A DNA stretch of 64,000 bases from an uncultured Methanosarcinaceae archaeon (GTDB lineage Archaea > Halobacteriota > Methanosarcinia > Methanosarcinales > Methanosarcinaceae). The position numbers were made by a program, and so were the translations under genes. Below, piece after piece: positions 33,800 to 46,378 of the stretch (positions within the stretch are counted from its first letter, which is position 1; each line of letters opens with the position of its first letter). Below the pieces are notes generated by a model. It was not told the origin of the DNA. It worked only from the letters and a program-made list of their open reading frames with translations, and did no database searches. The DNA is taken from assembly GCA_963833425.1 (NCBI GenBank), contig CAWHXP010000008.1, positions 180,578 through 244,577 of the forward strand, read 5' to 3'.

Positions 33800-34770
33800 A
33801 AGTAGTGCCGCTCACTTTCTATATTGATGAAATCTGAATAATAAATATAAAAATATATTTAACCATTTTAAGGATAACTTCGTCAAATAAATCTTTTCAG
33901 CTTTCAAGTGTATTCTTCTAAATATTTTTTTGAATTTTTAGAATTTACCTTCTACCCCTTTAATCGATGTATTAAATGCTATAAAAGATTGTATCGAGAT
34001 TGAGTTATAAAGATTCAATACAAATATTAGAATATTTTAGAGAGTTTTTACTTTTACTTGTCGCTATCAATACGGATCTGGGCATATTCTGAATTTTGAT
34101 TCGTTGTTTGTTTGGCGATTATATTGACTGCTTTGTTCTGTCATTCTGTCCTTACATAGCTTTTTAATTTTTAATAGGATTACTAAACAATACCATTATT
34201 TCTGACAAATATTTTAGTAAATTTACATGGGATTTGATTCATTTACCCATCTGTTTAAAGTGTATTAAATTATGAACATTCCCAGCTATATTTTTGGCAG
34301 AAAAATATAGAAAACTTAACTGTTTGAGGAACTGAAAGCCAAATTATGGAATGAGTTAAAAAACATAATTTAAATATAAATATAAGTTTAACAATGCAAA
34401 GATATTTATCAGAACAAATAGAGAACTAGAAATTCTTTCATTATTTTTCCAGATTAATAAGTATTGGTAATGAAAAATACACTACTATTAATGAAAATAT
34501 GTTCCTAAGACCCACTTGATGCAGATATATATATGAACTTTATCTATTTTCTTGAGATTTAGGTTATTAACAATTAAGTTGGCCTTTTATAAATATAACT
34601 ATGTAAATAAACATCCAATTTATCCATATGAACACGTGTACAAATGTAGGTCAAAATAATATCGAGAGGCTTTGAGGACTGAAAACTCGTTACCTTTCCT
34701 TATTTGATTTTTTATCGACACACATTACAACCAAATTATAATGTAGTGAAGTAATTTTATAAAAAGGAGA

Positions 34771-36078
34771 ATGGAAATGAAGATTTTAATTATCGGTGGT
34801 GGCGGAAGAGAACACGTAATCGCCGAAGGAATTAAGAACAGCAAGCAAAATCCCTCCATCTATGCGGTAATGGCAAAAAAGAATCCCGGAATTGCTGCTC
34901 TTTGCGAGGATTTTTTGCTCGAGAAGGAAACAGAAGTTGAAAAAGTCGTTGAGTATGCAAAATCCAGAAACATAGATATAGCATTTGTAGGGCCTGAAGC
35001 TCCGCTTGCGGCAGGAATTTCAGATGCTCTCTGGGAAGCCGGAATTTCTGTAATTGGGCCTAAAAAATCCTGTGCAATTATTGAGTTTGATAAAGCCTGG
35101 GCACGAAATTTCATGAAAAAATATGGAATCGAAGGTTGCCCTGCATACGAAATTTTTAAAGAGGAAGGGCCTGCACATGCTTTTATCGAGAAACTGGGCG
35201 ACGTTGCAGTCAAACCATCAGGTTTGACAGGAGGTAAGGGGGTAAAAGTCATGGGGGATCAGCTTCAGGGCATCGAAGCTGCTAAGGCCTACACTAGTAT
35301 GCTTCTTGAGAAAGGATCCGTTGTTATCGAAGAACGCTTAATAGGAGAGGAGTTCACCCTGCAAGCTCTGGTGGATGGAAAAAGCCTTGTTTTCTTCCCT
35401 GCGGTGCAGGATCACAAAAGAGCATATGAAGGTGATTTTGGACCAAACACAGGTGGCATGGGCTCATATGCAGATGCAGGGGAAATTCTACCGTTTATGC
35501 TAGCTGAAGATCTCGAAAAGGCAAAAAAAATAATGAAGAGTACTGTAAAGGCACTTTACGAGGAAACAAAAACAAAATACGTGGGTATCCTTTACGGGCA
35601 GTTTATCCTTACAACAAGCGGCCCAAAGGTAGTGGAATTCAATGCAAGATTCGGAGATCCTGAAGCCCTGAATATATTTCCCATCATTGAAACAGATTTT
35701 GTAGAAATCATGCTCGCACTGGTGAGAGGAACCCTGGATGAATTGCCTGTAAAATTCAGCAGGAAAGCTACGGTTTGTAAGTATGCAGTCCCTGAAGGCT
35801 ATCCTGATAATCCTGAAAAGGATAGCGAGGTAGTTATAGAGGATATAGGTGACGCTTTGGTCTATTATGCCAGTGTTTATGAGAAAGGCGGGAAAGTTTA
35901 TACTACTAGCTCCCGCTCCATTGCGATCGTGGGATGTGCGGAGTCTATCGATGCAGCTGAAAAAATTGCCCAGGATGCTCTTGAAAATATTCGTGGCAAA
36001 CTTTTTTTTCGGAAAGACATTGGAACTGCTGCTATGATCCAGAAAAGAATCGATCATATGAAAGAACTTAGAAGCTGA
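34771..36078 (+). CDS. purD: Phosphoribosylamine-glycine ligase
   Basis: [36 protein letters not shown]. Confidence 0.97.
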   Translation: MEMKILIIGGGGREHVIAEGIKNSKQNPSIYAVMAKKNPGIAALCEDFLLEKETEVEKVVEYAKSRNIDIAFVGPEAPLAAGISDALWEAGISVIGPKKSCAIIEFDKAWARNFMKKYGIEGCPAYEIFKEEGPAHAFIEKLGDVAVKPSGLTGGKGVKVMGDQLQGIEAAKAYTSMLLEKGSVVIEERLIGEEFTLQALVDGKSLVFFPAVQDHKRAYEGDFGPNTGGMGSYADAGEILPFMLAEDLEKAKKIMKSTVKALYEETKTKYVGILYGQFILTTSGPKVVEFNARFGDPEALNIFPIIETDFVEIMLALVRGTLDELPVKFSRKATVCKYAVPEGYPDNPEKDSEVVIEDIGDALVYYASVYEKGGKVYTTSSRSIAIVGCAESIDAAEKIAQDALENIRGKLFFRKDIGTAAMIQKRIDHMKELRS

Positions 36079-36171
36079 CTGTTTCAAACGTTATACAAGT
36101 GCACGGCTTTCAAATAAGTACTATGTCGTAATATAAAGTTATAATTCCGCTAGAACCAAGCAGGGGTTGAA

Positions 36172-37083
36172 ATGATGAAGAGAGATATACTTTCGATAAC
36201 TGATTTGTCCAGGGAGGAGATATATGAACTCCTCGAAACAGCCGCTGACCTGAAGGAAAAGCGAAAGGCAGGAGAGTCTACTGAGTACCTGAAGAACAAG
36301 AGTCTAGGGATGATTTTCGAAAAATCCTCTACTAGGACCCGGGTCTCTTTTGAGGTTGCTATGACAGATTTTGGCGGGCATTCCCTCTACCTAAATCCCA
36401 AGGATATTCAGGTGGGAAGAGGAGAGACTATTGAGGATACGGCAAAAACTCTATCCGGTTACCTTCACGGATTAATAGCCAGGGTTATGAGCCACGAGAC
36501 AGTAACTAAACTGGCCGACTATTCAACTATACCTGTAATCAATGCGCTTTCTGACAGAGAACACCCCTGCCAGATCCTGGGCGATTTCATGACCATAATG
36601 GAGTACAAAAAAAGATTCAAAGGCCTGAAATTTGCCTGGATAGGAGATGGAAACAATGTTTGTAATTCGGCTTTACTTGGTTCGGCAATCATGGAAATGG
36701 AATTTACCGTAGCCTGCCCGAGGGAATATAGACCAAAAACCGAGTTTCTTGAAAAGGCAAAATTTCTCGGAGGCAAATTCATGATCACAGATGACCCTAA
36801 AATTGCAGCAAAGGACGCAGACATAATCTATACGGATGTCTGGATTTCTATGGGTGACGAAGCAGAACAGGAAAAACGGATGAGAGACTTTGCTTCTTTC
36901 CAGGTAAACACCAAACTCCTTGGCCTTGCAAAGCCTGAAGTAATGGTTATGCACTGCTTGCCAGCCAGAAGAGGACTCGAGATCACCGACGAAGTGATGG
37001 ATGGACCGAACTCAGCAATCTTTGAAGAGGCAGAAAACCGCTTGCATTCCCAAAAAGCCCTTATCCTGAAATTGATGCAATGA
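36172..37083 (+). CDS. argF: Ornithine carbamoyltransferase
   Basis: SSTRTR, HPCQ, DVWISMG, HCLP. Confidence 0.97.
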   Translation: MMKRDILSITDLSREEIYELLETAADLKEKRKAGESTEYLKNKSLGMIFEKSSTRTRVSFEVAMTDFGGHSLYLNPKDIQVGRGETIEDTAKTLSGYLHGLIARVMSHETVTKLADYSTIPVINALSDREHPCQILGDFMTIMEYKKRFKGLKFAWIGDGNNVCNSALLGSAIMEMEFTVACPREYRPKTEFLEKAKFLGGKFMITDDPKIAAKDADIIYTDVWISMGDEAEQEKRMRDFASFQVNTKLLGLAKPEVMVMHCLPARRGLEITDEVMDGPNSAIFEEAENRLHSQKALILKLMQ

Positions 37084-37370
37084 ATAATTTCATCAATTTC
37101 TAATACCTTCATAAATTCACTTAAACTTCCAAGCGCCTATTTTCAGATTTTAGATTTAAACTTTGCTTCCTGGGGAATGAAAATTATATGAAAATCCAGG
37201 ATATGTTTAGTCTTCAAAAAGGTTTTCAAGGATAAGGTATAAGAATAAATACGATACTATTGCTGCTGCAAAATAGTCATATCATACGGTGGTTTTTCAG
37301 CCCGACTAGTGGTGATGGATTTAAAATTGAATAATGATAATTATATTTTTTTAATAAGTAAACTCGATAT

Positions 37371-37455
37371 GCGAGGATTGCCCAGCTAGGTCAAAGGCGA
37401 TAGGTTCAGAGCCTATTCTCGTAGGAGTTCGTGCGTTCGAATCGCACTCCTCGCA
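37371..37455 (+). tRNA. tRNA-Leu(CAG)
   Basis: GCGAGGA..TCCTCGCA acceptor stem, ATAGG-TTCAGAG-CCTAT anticodon arm, long variable arm, GTTCGAATC. Confidence 0.97.
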
Positions 37456-37763
37456 CTAAACTTTATCTGTTTTACAGTTATATCTGAAAAGATGTGATTT
37501 CCACAGCGTAAAGAGTTTCTCTGGACATTCTCAAACCTAATGAATTATGTACTCTTCATTATATCCGTAAAATTCTATACTGAATTTCAGATTCTTTCAG
37601 CTTGCATTCCAATCGTTCAAATTTAACAATAGGCTTCCTACTAGCCTGGAAACGAACTCAAATTTCCTAATAGTTGTTTCATATTTGGCAGATCGGTTTT
37701 ATCCATTGTTAGAATTTCTTCCGTCTCATAATTTTAAGGAACTATTGATCTCCAGTTTTGATA

Positions 37764-37994
37764 TTATTCCAATTTCTGAAACTCTTTCAATTCCCCCTCT
37801 TTTCTGTCAATATCCCCTCTACCGTACCCAATTAGAAATACTTGAGTCATTAATTTCCTAAGTTCAATTTTATCTAGGGATATATAATCTTCAAAATCGA
37901 AATTTATTAACTCATCTAATACTTCCTTAGATTTTGGAGGTAGGTTCTCTATCTGTACAATCACATTCAACGTCATAAAAGTATCTTGATCCAT
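37764..37994 (-). CDS. Hypothetical 76-aa protein
   Basis: ATG after GAGGG, acidic protein-like composition. Confidence 0.5.
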   Translation of the reverse strand: MDQDTFMTLNVIVQIENLPPKSKEVLDELINFDFEDYISLDKIELRKLMTQVFLIGYGRGDIDRKEGELKEFQKLE

Positions 37995-39014
37995 TATAAA
38001 CGCCCTCTGAACATGCTTCTTAACTCATTTTTTATGTCACCTTGTAGCTTTCCCTGAACCAATTTTAGAAACCCTAAGAAATTTGAAAACTTGCAAAAAT
38101 CATAGGTTTTGGGGATTTTTAAAGCTCTTCCAGGATGTTTTAGGATGAAACAAAGATAGCAGGTATGTAACCTATAATAAGATTGACATTGAAATCTACT
38201 CTTTTAGCATATTATATTAAGGCTGAATAAATCTTTTTTGAAAAGGAGTCAGTACTCGTAGAATCAAATACCAACTGTTTCAATTTTAAACTTTTGATAA
38301 AATTATAAAATTTAATTCTAATAACATAATTCCTTTATTTCAGTCGAGAGTTTATTTTTTAGAATGAGGATGTTTTCATATGGGTAGAATTACGCATTTT
38401 TGATGCATAAATAAGCGCCTATTTTCTGTGCTTTTTATCTCCTGAACTTGGTCTTTGCAGGCATAGTGATACCAACCCCAGGAGCTCCATAGAGGCTGCC
38501 AACTATTGTCATGCAGGTGATAACTGTCATCTCTTCCTTTAGCTTTGGTCTTTCTGCTACTTCTGCTCTCAAGATGAAAATATAATAGATAATCTAAAAA
38601 ACTTTAACATAAAATATTTTAAATTTTTTGATTGTATTTACTACAATTCTTATCACCGCCTTTAAGCGTGCCCTCTCCGGCGGTGTTTAAATTAGCATGA
38701 CTAACACGAAAACAATTTAAAAAAATAGTGAAGAAGGAGCAGTGTATCAAAAGTTATGGAAAATATGATGGCTCTTTTAGCTTTTCTTTCACTGCAAGAA
38801 ATGACACACATAAATTAAAAATATAAAAAAGGCAGTCTCCAATAAATTTAATCTAATAAGTTTTTATTTAGCCCTATATACTTTTATATCTTGAAGTTTG
38901 ATTATTAATAATAAAAACTTAATATGTCACAACACTTAGGTTCAGATTGATGAACACTCCCCCTGAGATGGAACGATCTGCCATTTTTTCTAATTTATAA
39001 CATCAGTAAAAGAG

Positions 39015-39335
39015 TTGAAATACGTGATCAATAAACAAAAGATGTGTTCGATAGCCTTAGTGTCAGCAACTATTATTTTAATGCTGACAAGTATCGTAGG
39101 TGTAGCGCAATCTTCGGATGCTTTGGTAAAAAAAGGCATTGCTCTTGAAATTTTAAACCGGCATGAAGAAGCAATAAAAGCGTGTAACAAAGCACTTGAA
39201 ATTAATCCTTTCGATTGGAGTGCTTGGTACGCTAAAGGAATTGCTCTAGAAAAATTAGGTAAATCAAATGAAGCAACAAAAGCATATGACAAAGCAGTTG
39301 AACTTAACCCGAAACTCAGAAACTATGGAAAGTAA
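39015..39335 (+). CDS. Small secreted TPR protein
   Basis: Hydrophobic signal followed by two TPRs (KGIALE.L.R.EEAIKA.NKALEINP, twice). Confidence 0.8.
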   Translation: MKYVINKQKMCSIALVSATIILMLTSIVGVAQSSDALVKKGIALEILNRHEEAIKACNKALEINPFDWSAWYAKGIALEKLGKSNEATKAYDKAVELNPKLRNYGK

Positions 39336-40549
39336 AAGAAAGATTTCAAATAAACTTAATAAATCCGATTTATAGGTTGAGTAGTTACTTAATTTTCATT
39401 CATTTTTATTCGTCGAACTAAATATCAAAACTTTTTTTCTCTTTATTGCTACAAATTTTTTAATAAAAAGCAGGTATTTGCAAAATAATTAGGTCAAAAT
39501 GTCCTAGAATTTCGCCTGAAAAATGGAAAAACACCAAAATTTTGTCACAGATAAATCTATCTTAGCAAAAATAATAAATTCTGTTTTTGTTATGAAAAAG
39601 AAAACGAATTTACCGAACTTTCTTTACATTACTGTTATTTTTTTATTCAGCTAGTTTCCAAAAACTTTCATTTTCTTCGAGTTAAGCACTCCGGATAGAT
39701 TCTTGTCTACGACACTCTCAAGTTATGTATTACAGAAATGACGGCTTTTGAATCAACTTCGTGGAGAATAAGAATCTCTTCGCATGTAAGTATGAATAAC
39801 AAGCAAAATAGGATCAATTATATTACAATTTTCTTAAAACAAAGAAAAATTGAACCTTGAAAAAGTTATCTGAGCAGTTAAATATTTTTATCATTTTTAC
39901 AGTTCTCTTGAAAATTACGTCATTAACCTCCTACAAGCTTATCGGAGTTCATGCTGTAGGTCATTGTTCGAGTTGGTCGTGCTCCATATAAAATTATGTC
40001 CCAAAGTCAACAACTGCCGAGGTCGTGACCACTTCAAATGGTTATTCTTCTTCAACGGACTGGTCTATTATTACAAGTTATACTTCTACTGCTACAGATA
40101 CATAGGTTTAGTCCCATACTATAGTAAAAGAATTGTATACGCATTCATATTCCCTTCGTAAACATCATTTAGTTGTAATCATGGAGGCCGTAATGCCTGT
40201 GGTCATTATATTATGAAAATGTTGTCCGCCCTGGTGATATCTTGCCTTGATGTTCGCCTTGGCTGCATGAGAATGTAGATAGTAATGAATTAATAAGAAT
40301 ACCTGCAGTTACAGACTCAAATAGAGATGATTTGCCCAGCGCGATCAAAATACGCTCTAAATGCCTCTCTTTGATAATTTTGGGGATAATACATTTTTTA
40401 AACAACAGAAAAAATACAACATATATTATTATCCATACACTGACTACTACAATAACGCATCCGACAATACATTATAGCGTGCAGCATAACGTCCCTGAGA
40501 GACCTGTACTCAGTAATTTCCCCAGGATTGCTAGGCAATCGCAAGGGAT

Positions 40550-41093
40550 AGATATGCTCTGCAGAAACAAAAAAACAGCAAATGGATGATATCAAAGCCA
40601 GATACTCCGTTCAGCCCGTGCAATTTCATCGGTGAAATCATGAACGATGAAGAAGTTCAACGCCTTTACCAAATAGCCTAAAACAGTCTTAATGAACGCG
40701 AAAGCACATATAGATGCTGCAAATCCACGATAAAGGATTATGAATACCTGGTTCTCGTCATGGGTAAGCTTCACGCGTACACCAAGGCTAACAAATCCAC
40801 AAATGACGTGACGTTCGAGGATATCTTTGAGGTCGTCGCAGCGCCGGAAATGATATCTCCATCTGCGGGATCATCCGTCTGGATCAGCCATAAAAAAGTA
40901 CGAGCCACTTTGGACACATAACTCAGGATACATTTACGAATGCGGACAAGAATATATTGGTACTCCCTTCCTCTCACCAGATGGGCTGAAACTCAAGAAA
41001 ATCGGGAACTTTCACCTCGTCAGCTGGGACGAACTCTACGGGATGAGAGACCCGATCGAAACCCATCTAGACAAAGATATCGGGATGAAATAA
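40550..41093 (+). pseudogene. GC-richer decayed gene of unknown family
   Basis: Protein-like frames MISKPDTPFSPCNFIGEIM...FEDIFE and KKYEPLWTHNSGYIYECGQEYIGTPFL...KDIGMK* joined across a stop and a frameshift. Confidence 0.45.
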
Positions 41094-41432
41094 CACCGAA
41101 TCGAGGATTTGTGCCTTATGAAATGTCTTAGTATGCTAGTCTTTTCTGTGGCTCGCATCTCACGGCCCGCTGCCGCGACTGCAACGCGCTCTTATCCACG
41201 ACGCGATTTGAGATAAATAACTGGCACGGTGTTGTGCGGAAAAGTGTAGCATGATTGATGTCATGGAGGCATGCTTGACTGGACAACGGACGATTGGGTC
41301 GTTCCTGAAGGTAGAAACCCCTTAATTTTTTTCTGAATACCGATTATTCTCTAGCTCAGGGGTATTTTTGCCTCTGTTCGCGAACGGTAAAATTTATAGT
41401 CCGACTATATATTACTATTCAGGTGCTTTATT

Positions 41433-42311
41433 ATGGTGATCGTTGGACTTTCTAAAAATAAGGATATCGTGAAATCTGTAAAAACAGCAGTGGAATTAGC
41501 TGGAGGGTTGGGAATAAAAAAAGGATATAACGTCCTAATTCGGCCAAATGCAAACACTGCAGACCTGCCTCCTGGGTCAACAAATCCCGAAGTATTGAGG
41601 GGAGCTATCCGGGAAGTGCGTAAATATGACCCTGAAAAGGTAATTGTTGCTGAGAAGTCGATGACTCTGCTGGACACTGAATGGGTTCTTAAGGAGTTGG
41701 GGCTTTGGGAGGTCGCAGAAACCGAAGATGTAGACGAAATCATGACTTTTGACCATATGAAACGTCGGCTTGTGGAGCCAAAAGGAGCTCACTCCTGGCA
41801 ATATGGGTTCGAAGTACCTGAATTCCTGGAATCAATTGATTACACGATCGCTCTACCAGTGATCAAAACCCACTGGACTGCAACGTTTACCATGGGTCTC
41901 AAGTCTCAGATAAGCATCACCTCAGACATGGACCGACGACAACTTCCTCATGGACAGAATAGGGACATGCTTTTTGGGAAAATGATTGCCGAGTCAAACC
42001 TTGTTCACAGGCCTGACTTTTATATATCAGATGCTACTAAGTGCTTTGTTACCGACGGACCTAACATAGGAACTTTGATAGAACCTGAAATAGTTTTTGC
42101 AAGTTCGGATGTGATAGCAAATGATGCTGTGGGTCTTGCCCTCCTAAAAACCATTGGCACCGTTCCTAAGATTCAGAATCATTCTGTGTGGGTCCAACCG
42201 CAGATCAAAAGAGCTGTAGAACTTGAATTAGGGGTTCACAGCAGGGAAGAAATAACAGTGAAAAATGCAGGAGTCGGTGAAATCGACGAAATTATTGCGA
42301 ATCTTTCATGA
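41433..42311 (+). CDS. DUF362 domain protein
   Basis: VLIRPNAN..STNPEVL, IALPVIKTH..FTMGLK, ASSDVIANDA. Confidence 0.85.
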   Translation: MVIVGLSKNKDIVKSVKTAVELAGGLGIKKGYNVLIRPNANTADLPPGSTNPEVLRGAIREVRKYDPEKVIVAEKSMTLLDTEWVLKELGLWEVAETEDVDEIMTFDHMKRRLVEPKGAHSWQYGFEVPEFLESIDYTIALPVIKTHWTATFTMGLKSQISITSDMDRRQLPHGQNRDMLFGKMIAESNLVHRPDFYISDATKCFVTDGPNIGTLIEPEIVFASSDVIANDAVGLALLKTIGTVPKIQNHSVWVQPQIKRAVELELGVHSREEITVKNAGVGEIDEIIANLS

Positions 42312-43243
42312 AACTGGTCGAGAACAGATTCCTTGGAAAACTTCTGGCGATAAAACTTCGCTAAAAGATAAAAAAGCTCAATTTGCCCCCTAATTTTGGG
42401 AAATTCTTGAAGCCTTGAAAATAATTGCAGATCCGAAGAATCTGTCTGGACGGGCATGTACGGAAGGAATACCGATATGGCACTTGGTATTTCTATGCCC
42501 TAGATTGAGCAGAAAACAAAAAGTTACTTAAGAACTATTTCCTTGCTTTTGAACTCTGGCCTTCAGCATCAAGAAGCTTGAATTAATGCTTGTTTGGAGG
42601 GAAAACCTTCGCTTGTTTTAGAGAAGCTATGCACAATTCCCCTGTTGTTCACTTCTATCCTTCTCTGACTCAAAAATTGATTAGATATAAATATATAGAG
42701 TTAACTAAATTGAAAACCGTTTAAGGATTGCATTAATATCTTTGACAAACAAATAAAACGTGTAATATTGCTGAGTTGACCTTAGCTTTATTCAGTTCTC
42801 ACATAACTGCTTTTTGTTAGCCAATATTCACCAATAGAAAATTTTAGTATGCATCACTGTGATTTTCAAAATATACTAAATCTGGAGAGCTGAGATTCTA
42901 GTATTACAACTGTAATGGAAGTATTTTTTTAATTCTTCTGTTTAAAAATAATTCATCTAACTTTTCTTTTTTTTTGCTTCACAACTACCGGTAGATTCAA
43001 CTAGCATAGTGGATATGAAATCTAGTTTTATCAATCATTTGTTGAAAATAATGAACACAAAATTATCTCTCAACATTTTCCCAAAAATAAGAGATATATT
43101 CGTTTTTAGATCTGATCAATAATGAAGGACAATGTACCACATTTTTAAGGATCAAATAACGTTAGATGCTGGTGAATCATGTGTATATGACGTTAAATGT
43201 TACTTCGTGAATATAGTCCGCTCTTACATTTTATGGTTCATTT

Positions 43244-44608
43244 TCACAACCACTTACTTAAAAAAACTCTGAAATTTGGATCCTTTAATGTGCATATATC
43301 AGTATTTTCTATAATCTTAAAGCCTGCATTAACGCAATGCTTGAGATTTTTTCCAAGGGAGCAGTGAATAAGCTGTTTTTCAAGAAGCTCTTTTGCGATT
43401 GGATATTTACGCTTAATCTCAAAAGTATATCTTCCGTTTTCAATATAACCTCCAAAAACTTCCTCGGCTCTTTCATATTTTTCTTTGAACTTCTCAGCAT
43501 GCTCCTTGACCCAGACAGGTGGACCAACATGTTTTTTGACGCTAGGAAGAGTACCTGAGATAAGTTCTAACATAATTAAAGTTTCATTTTTCCCTGACCA
43601 GACCCCAGTTTTAATCACAGAAAATTCATATTCCATCAAAAGGGCAGCTGCCGAATGTTCCAATTTATGCAACTGTGGATAGAGTATATCTTCGACTAGG
43701 TTCGGGGTCCTGATGAAAACAACAAGCAGTGTGCTCTTTCTATTTTTAAGCCGTTGGAGAATTTCTTTGTCCCTCAGAGGCAAGAAACATGGAGGGAAAA
43801 AGAATTTAATTTCCACGTTTTTTAGAAATTCCCTGCAGTAGTCTATAAATATGCAAAATTTGTCAAGGGAAAGAGCTGCTGCAACGTTCCGTTTGGGATC
43901 TGTCGGATCCACCATGACTAAGGGTTCTTGGTGTTGTATTCTTGAATGTTGCATTATATCAATTCTCTCCCCAGGCTTCCAGAAGCAAGCTTCTTTGGCT
44001 GTATTTTCAAATGAACCGTAATGAATTATCAGGAGTTCGGTCAAGTAGCCAGAAAAGCCTTGAGTCCTCAACTCCGATCCGTAGACTCCGCATCCTCGCA
44101 TAAACTGCTTCAGAAGTAGTACTTCGTCTTCAAACCCTTTTATTTGGGCTTTAACAAAATCGTTGTGGAAAGGAGTCCTATCCACTGCAGATTTAATATG
44201 GGAAGCTGATGAAACACTAAAACACGGAACTAAATCCACGTCAAAACTTTTGAATACAATATTCAGGTAGGGATGCTCAGCGTGACAATCTTTGACACAT
44301 TCTGCAAGCTTTGACACTTCTCTGGCAATGGCAATGCCCAAGGTTTCTAGCTCCTTTCTGTGTGTCTCCTCTGGAAAACATATAAAAACATCAATGTCGT
44401 GAGTTCCTGAAAGCCACGTGCCTCTTGCTGCGGAACCGACCATTTTTACAAGCACATCATGTACACCTAGTTTCTCAGCTGCTGCTTTCACTTCTGTGGC
44501 CAATTCTTCCTGAATTCCAATGAGATTTTTTCTTTCAGCTACTGTAGGTTTTATTCTCTCAAGTATTACCTGCTTCAAATCCTCGGGAATGCTTGTATCA
44601 ATTTCCAT
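43244..44608 (-). CDS. cca: Archaeal CCA-adding enzyme
   Basis: VGSAARGTWL..DIDVF, AEHPY, SAVDRTPFH, GFSGYLTELL, DPTDPKRNVAAA. Confidence 0.96.
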   Translation of the reverse strand: MEIDTSIPEDLKQVILERIKPTVAERKNLIGIQEELATEVKAAAEKLGVHDVLVKMVGSAARGTWLSGTHDIDVFICFPEETHRKELETLGIAIAREVSKLAECVKDCHAEHPYLNIVFKSFDVDLVPCFSVSSASHIKSAVDRTPFHNDFVKAQIKGFEDEVLLLKQFMRGCGVYGSELRTQGFSGYLTELLIIHYGSFENTAKEACFWKPGERIDIMQHSRIQHQEPLVMVDPTDPKRNVAAALSLDKFCIFIDYCREFLKNVEIKFFFPPCFLPLRDKEILQRLKNRKSTLLVVFIRTPNLVEDILYPQLHKLEHSAAALLMEYEFSVIKTGVWSGKNETLIMLELISGTLPSVKKHVGPPVWVKEHAEKFKEKYERAEEVFGGYIENGRYTFEIKRKYPIAKELLEKQLIHCSLGKNLKHCVNAGFKIIENTDICTLKDPNFRVFLSKWL

Positions 44609-45209
44609 ACCAGGAGAAGCTCCATATTTTTAATACTACTCTATTTGATAGTTCATGATTAAGTTACTTTTGATTTTTAGCCAACTGTTAACTAAAATTT
44701 GTAAGCCTTTTTGTTCCGTCAGGAGAATTAGGTGATAATCACTGATAAAATGATCCGGATTCATGTGCAAAATTCCATGTAAGAACGTATTTTTACTTAA
44801 ACAGTTGCCTAAAATTTAATGACCGTTTATCTTGAATAATATTTACTAAATTATTAATATGTTTATACCAATGATTTTGCTCAAATGAAATATGGAACTT
44901 AATTTCTTCAAGGTTTATACGGTTGTGAAATATTCTTATATTGGATTTTCAGCTCGTATCTAGGAGTTACTGAACAATTCTTAAAAGCGAGTATTATTTC
45001 TGCATTTGAGGAAAATGCAGGTAAATTTTTGTGTTCACCATTTTCAGTAAATCGTGGACATGACTAATTTCAAGAAGGATAAAGAAAAACAGACCCCCAA
45101 TTCTGACTCTTTATCCAGTTGTGGAATATCTGTATCGAATTTCAGAAAGGATTGAAAAAAGCAGACCCCCAAATCTGCACCTCTTAGTTTTAGAAAAGGA
45201 GTGCATAAA

Positions 45210-45599
45210 ATGATTGAAATACTTGAACAACTCAAAAAATCGATTCATAACACCACCAAAGAAGGAATAAATGACTTCTCCGGTAAATTTCTGAGCCTTA
45301 AAAACTATGAAACTCACCATAGTGTAGTGCTGGATAAAAGTATATCAAAATTTGATCTAATGATTAACAATGTGCTTTTCGCGATTGAATTAAATGGCGG
45401 CTTGTTACCAATTGAAGAAATTCCGGAAGAGGGAAATAACGAAGATCTTGATACTCAGATCGGGTTCTTAACCAGGCTAAACGATAGTATTAAGGTACTC
45501 TCAGAATCAAGAGCTTATCTAGAAATTCTAAGGAATGAAATGATTCAAAATGCAGGCATACAAGCTTCAAGACATCTGGAAGTAGGGACTGAACTTTGA
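45210..45599 (+). CDS. Hypothetical helical protein
   Basis: Uninterrupted ~130-aa ORF, AAGGAG upstream; no recognisable motif. Confidence 0.55.
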   Translation: MIEILEQLKKSIHNTTKEGINDFSGKFLSLKNYETHHSVVLDKSISKFDLMINNVLFAIELNGGLLPIEEIPEEGNNEDLDTQIGFLTRLNDSIKVLSESRAYLEILRNEMIQNAGIQASRHLEVGTEL

Positions 45600-46378
45600 A
45601 GCTGAAAAGCTTCATAATTGTCTTTTTTGCCATTTCCAAAACCAGATATTTCACTATGGAATAATTTAGCTTTAAAGCTTTTTTTAATTTTTCAATATTC
45701 TTACAGCTCAAACAACCTAATTACAAATAAAAAATTTTGCCTCTCTGGGAATCTGTTTCCAAAAATATTCACTTGTTATTCCATTCCTTCAAGTTACAAG
45801 GACCATGAGCAGAAATGATGCCACATTCGCTCCTTTGACCGGGATACGATACGCATTGGAATTGGACAATAGCCATGTCTACGGCTAGATTAGCTATCTA
45901 AAAGTGTTGATGCTAAAGGCATAATATAGAGAATTTAGATGAATTCCCTTATTTTTAAGCGTTGGAGAATTTAAATTTTTTAACAATAATTTTTATTCAT
46001 GAAAATTGTTAATGATTTTGCCTTAAAGGAGAATACAACTGACTTCAGTCGGTTGCAATGAAACTTGCTGAAATTGGTTCTTACCATATAGTATATGTTC
46101 AAGTTTGATGTAAATTAATCATGATAGTTTGTATAATGGAAAGATTAATTCGGAAGAGCTTTAGACGATAAAATAATCTCCGAATTGGTGCTTCAATGAT
46201 TGAAATCAAGCCTATTAGAGTTTCTCCGGGGTAAACAGCAACATTTTCTGTTCTGTCAAACATTTCTGTCATCAAAATTTGACAGAAAAGACTGTAAGAG
46301 TTTGTAAAAAATCTGCAGAAATTTTTTAAGCGCTGGCGTTTAATCAAAAGTTCCTACAGATCTAAAAACGTTCGTAAC

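Noticed and set aside
35500..36087. Long antisense ORFs (195 aa opposite purD, and similar ones opposite argF, the aconitase subunit, the radical SAM and repeat genes)
   Set aside because: Shadow frames of well-supported genes, with no motifs or RBS
39960..41310. Group II intron or reverse transcriptase in the GC-richer tract
   Set aside because: No YADD-type motif or domain V hairpin found in the frames I read
45066..45184. ORB elements of a replication origin
   Set aside because: Arrangement does not fit the TTCCAxTGGAAAC..GGGG consensus and no cdc6/orc1 gene is adjacent
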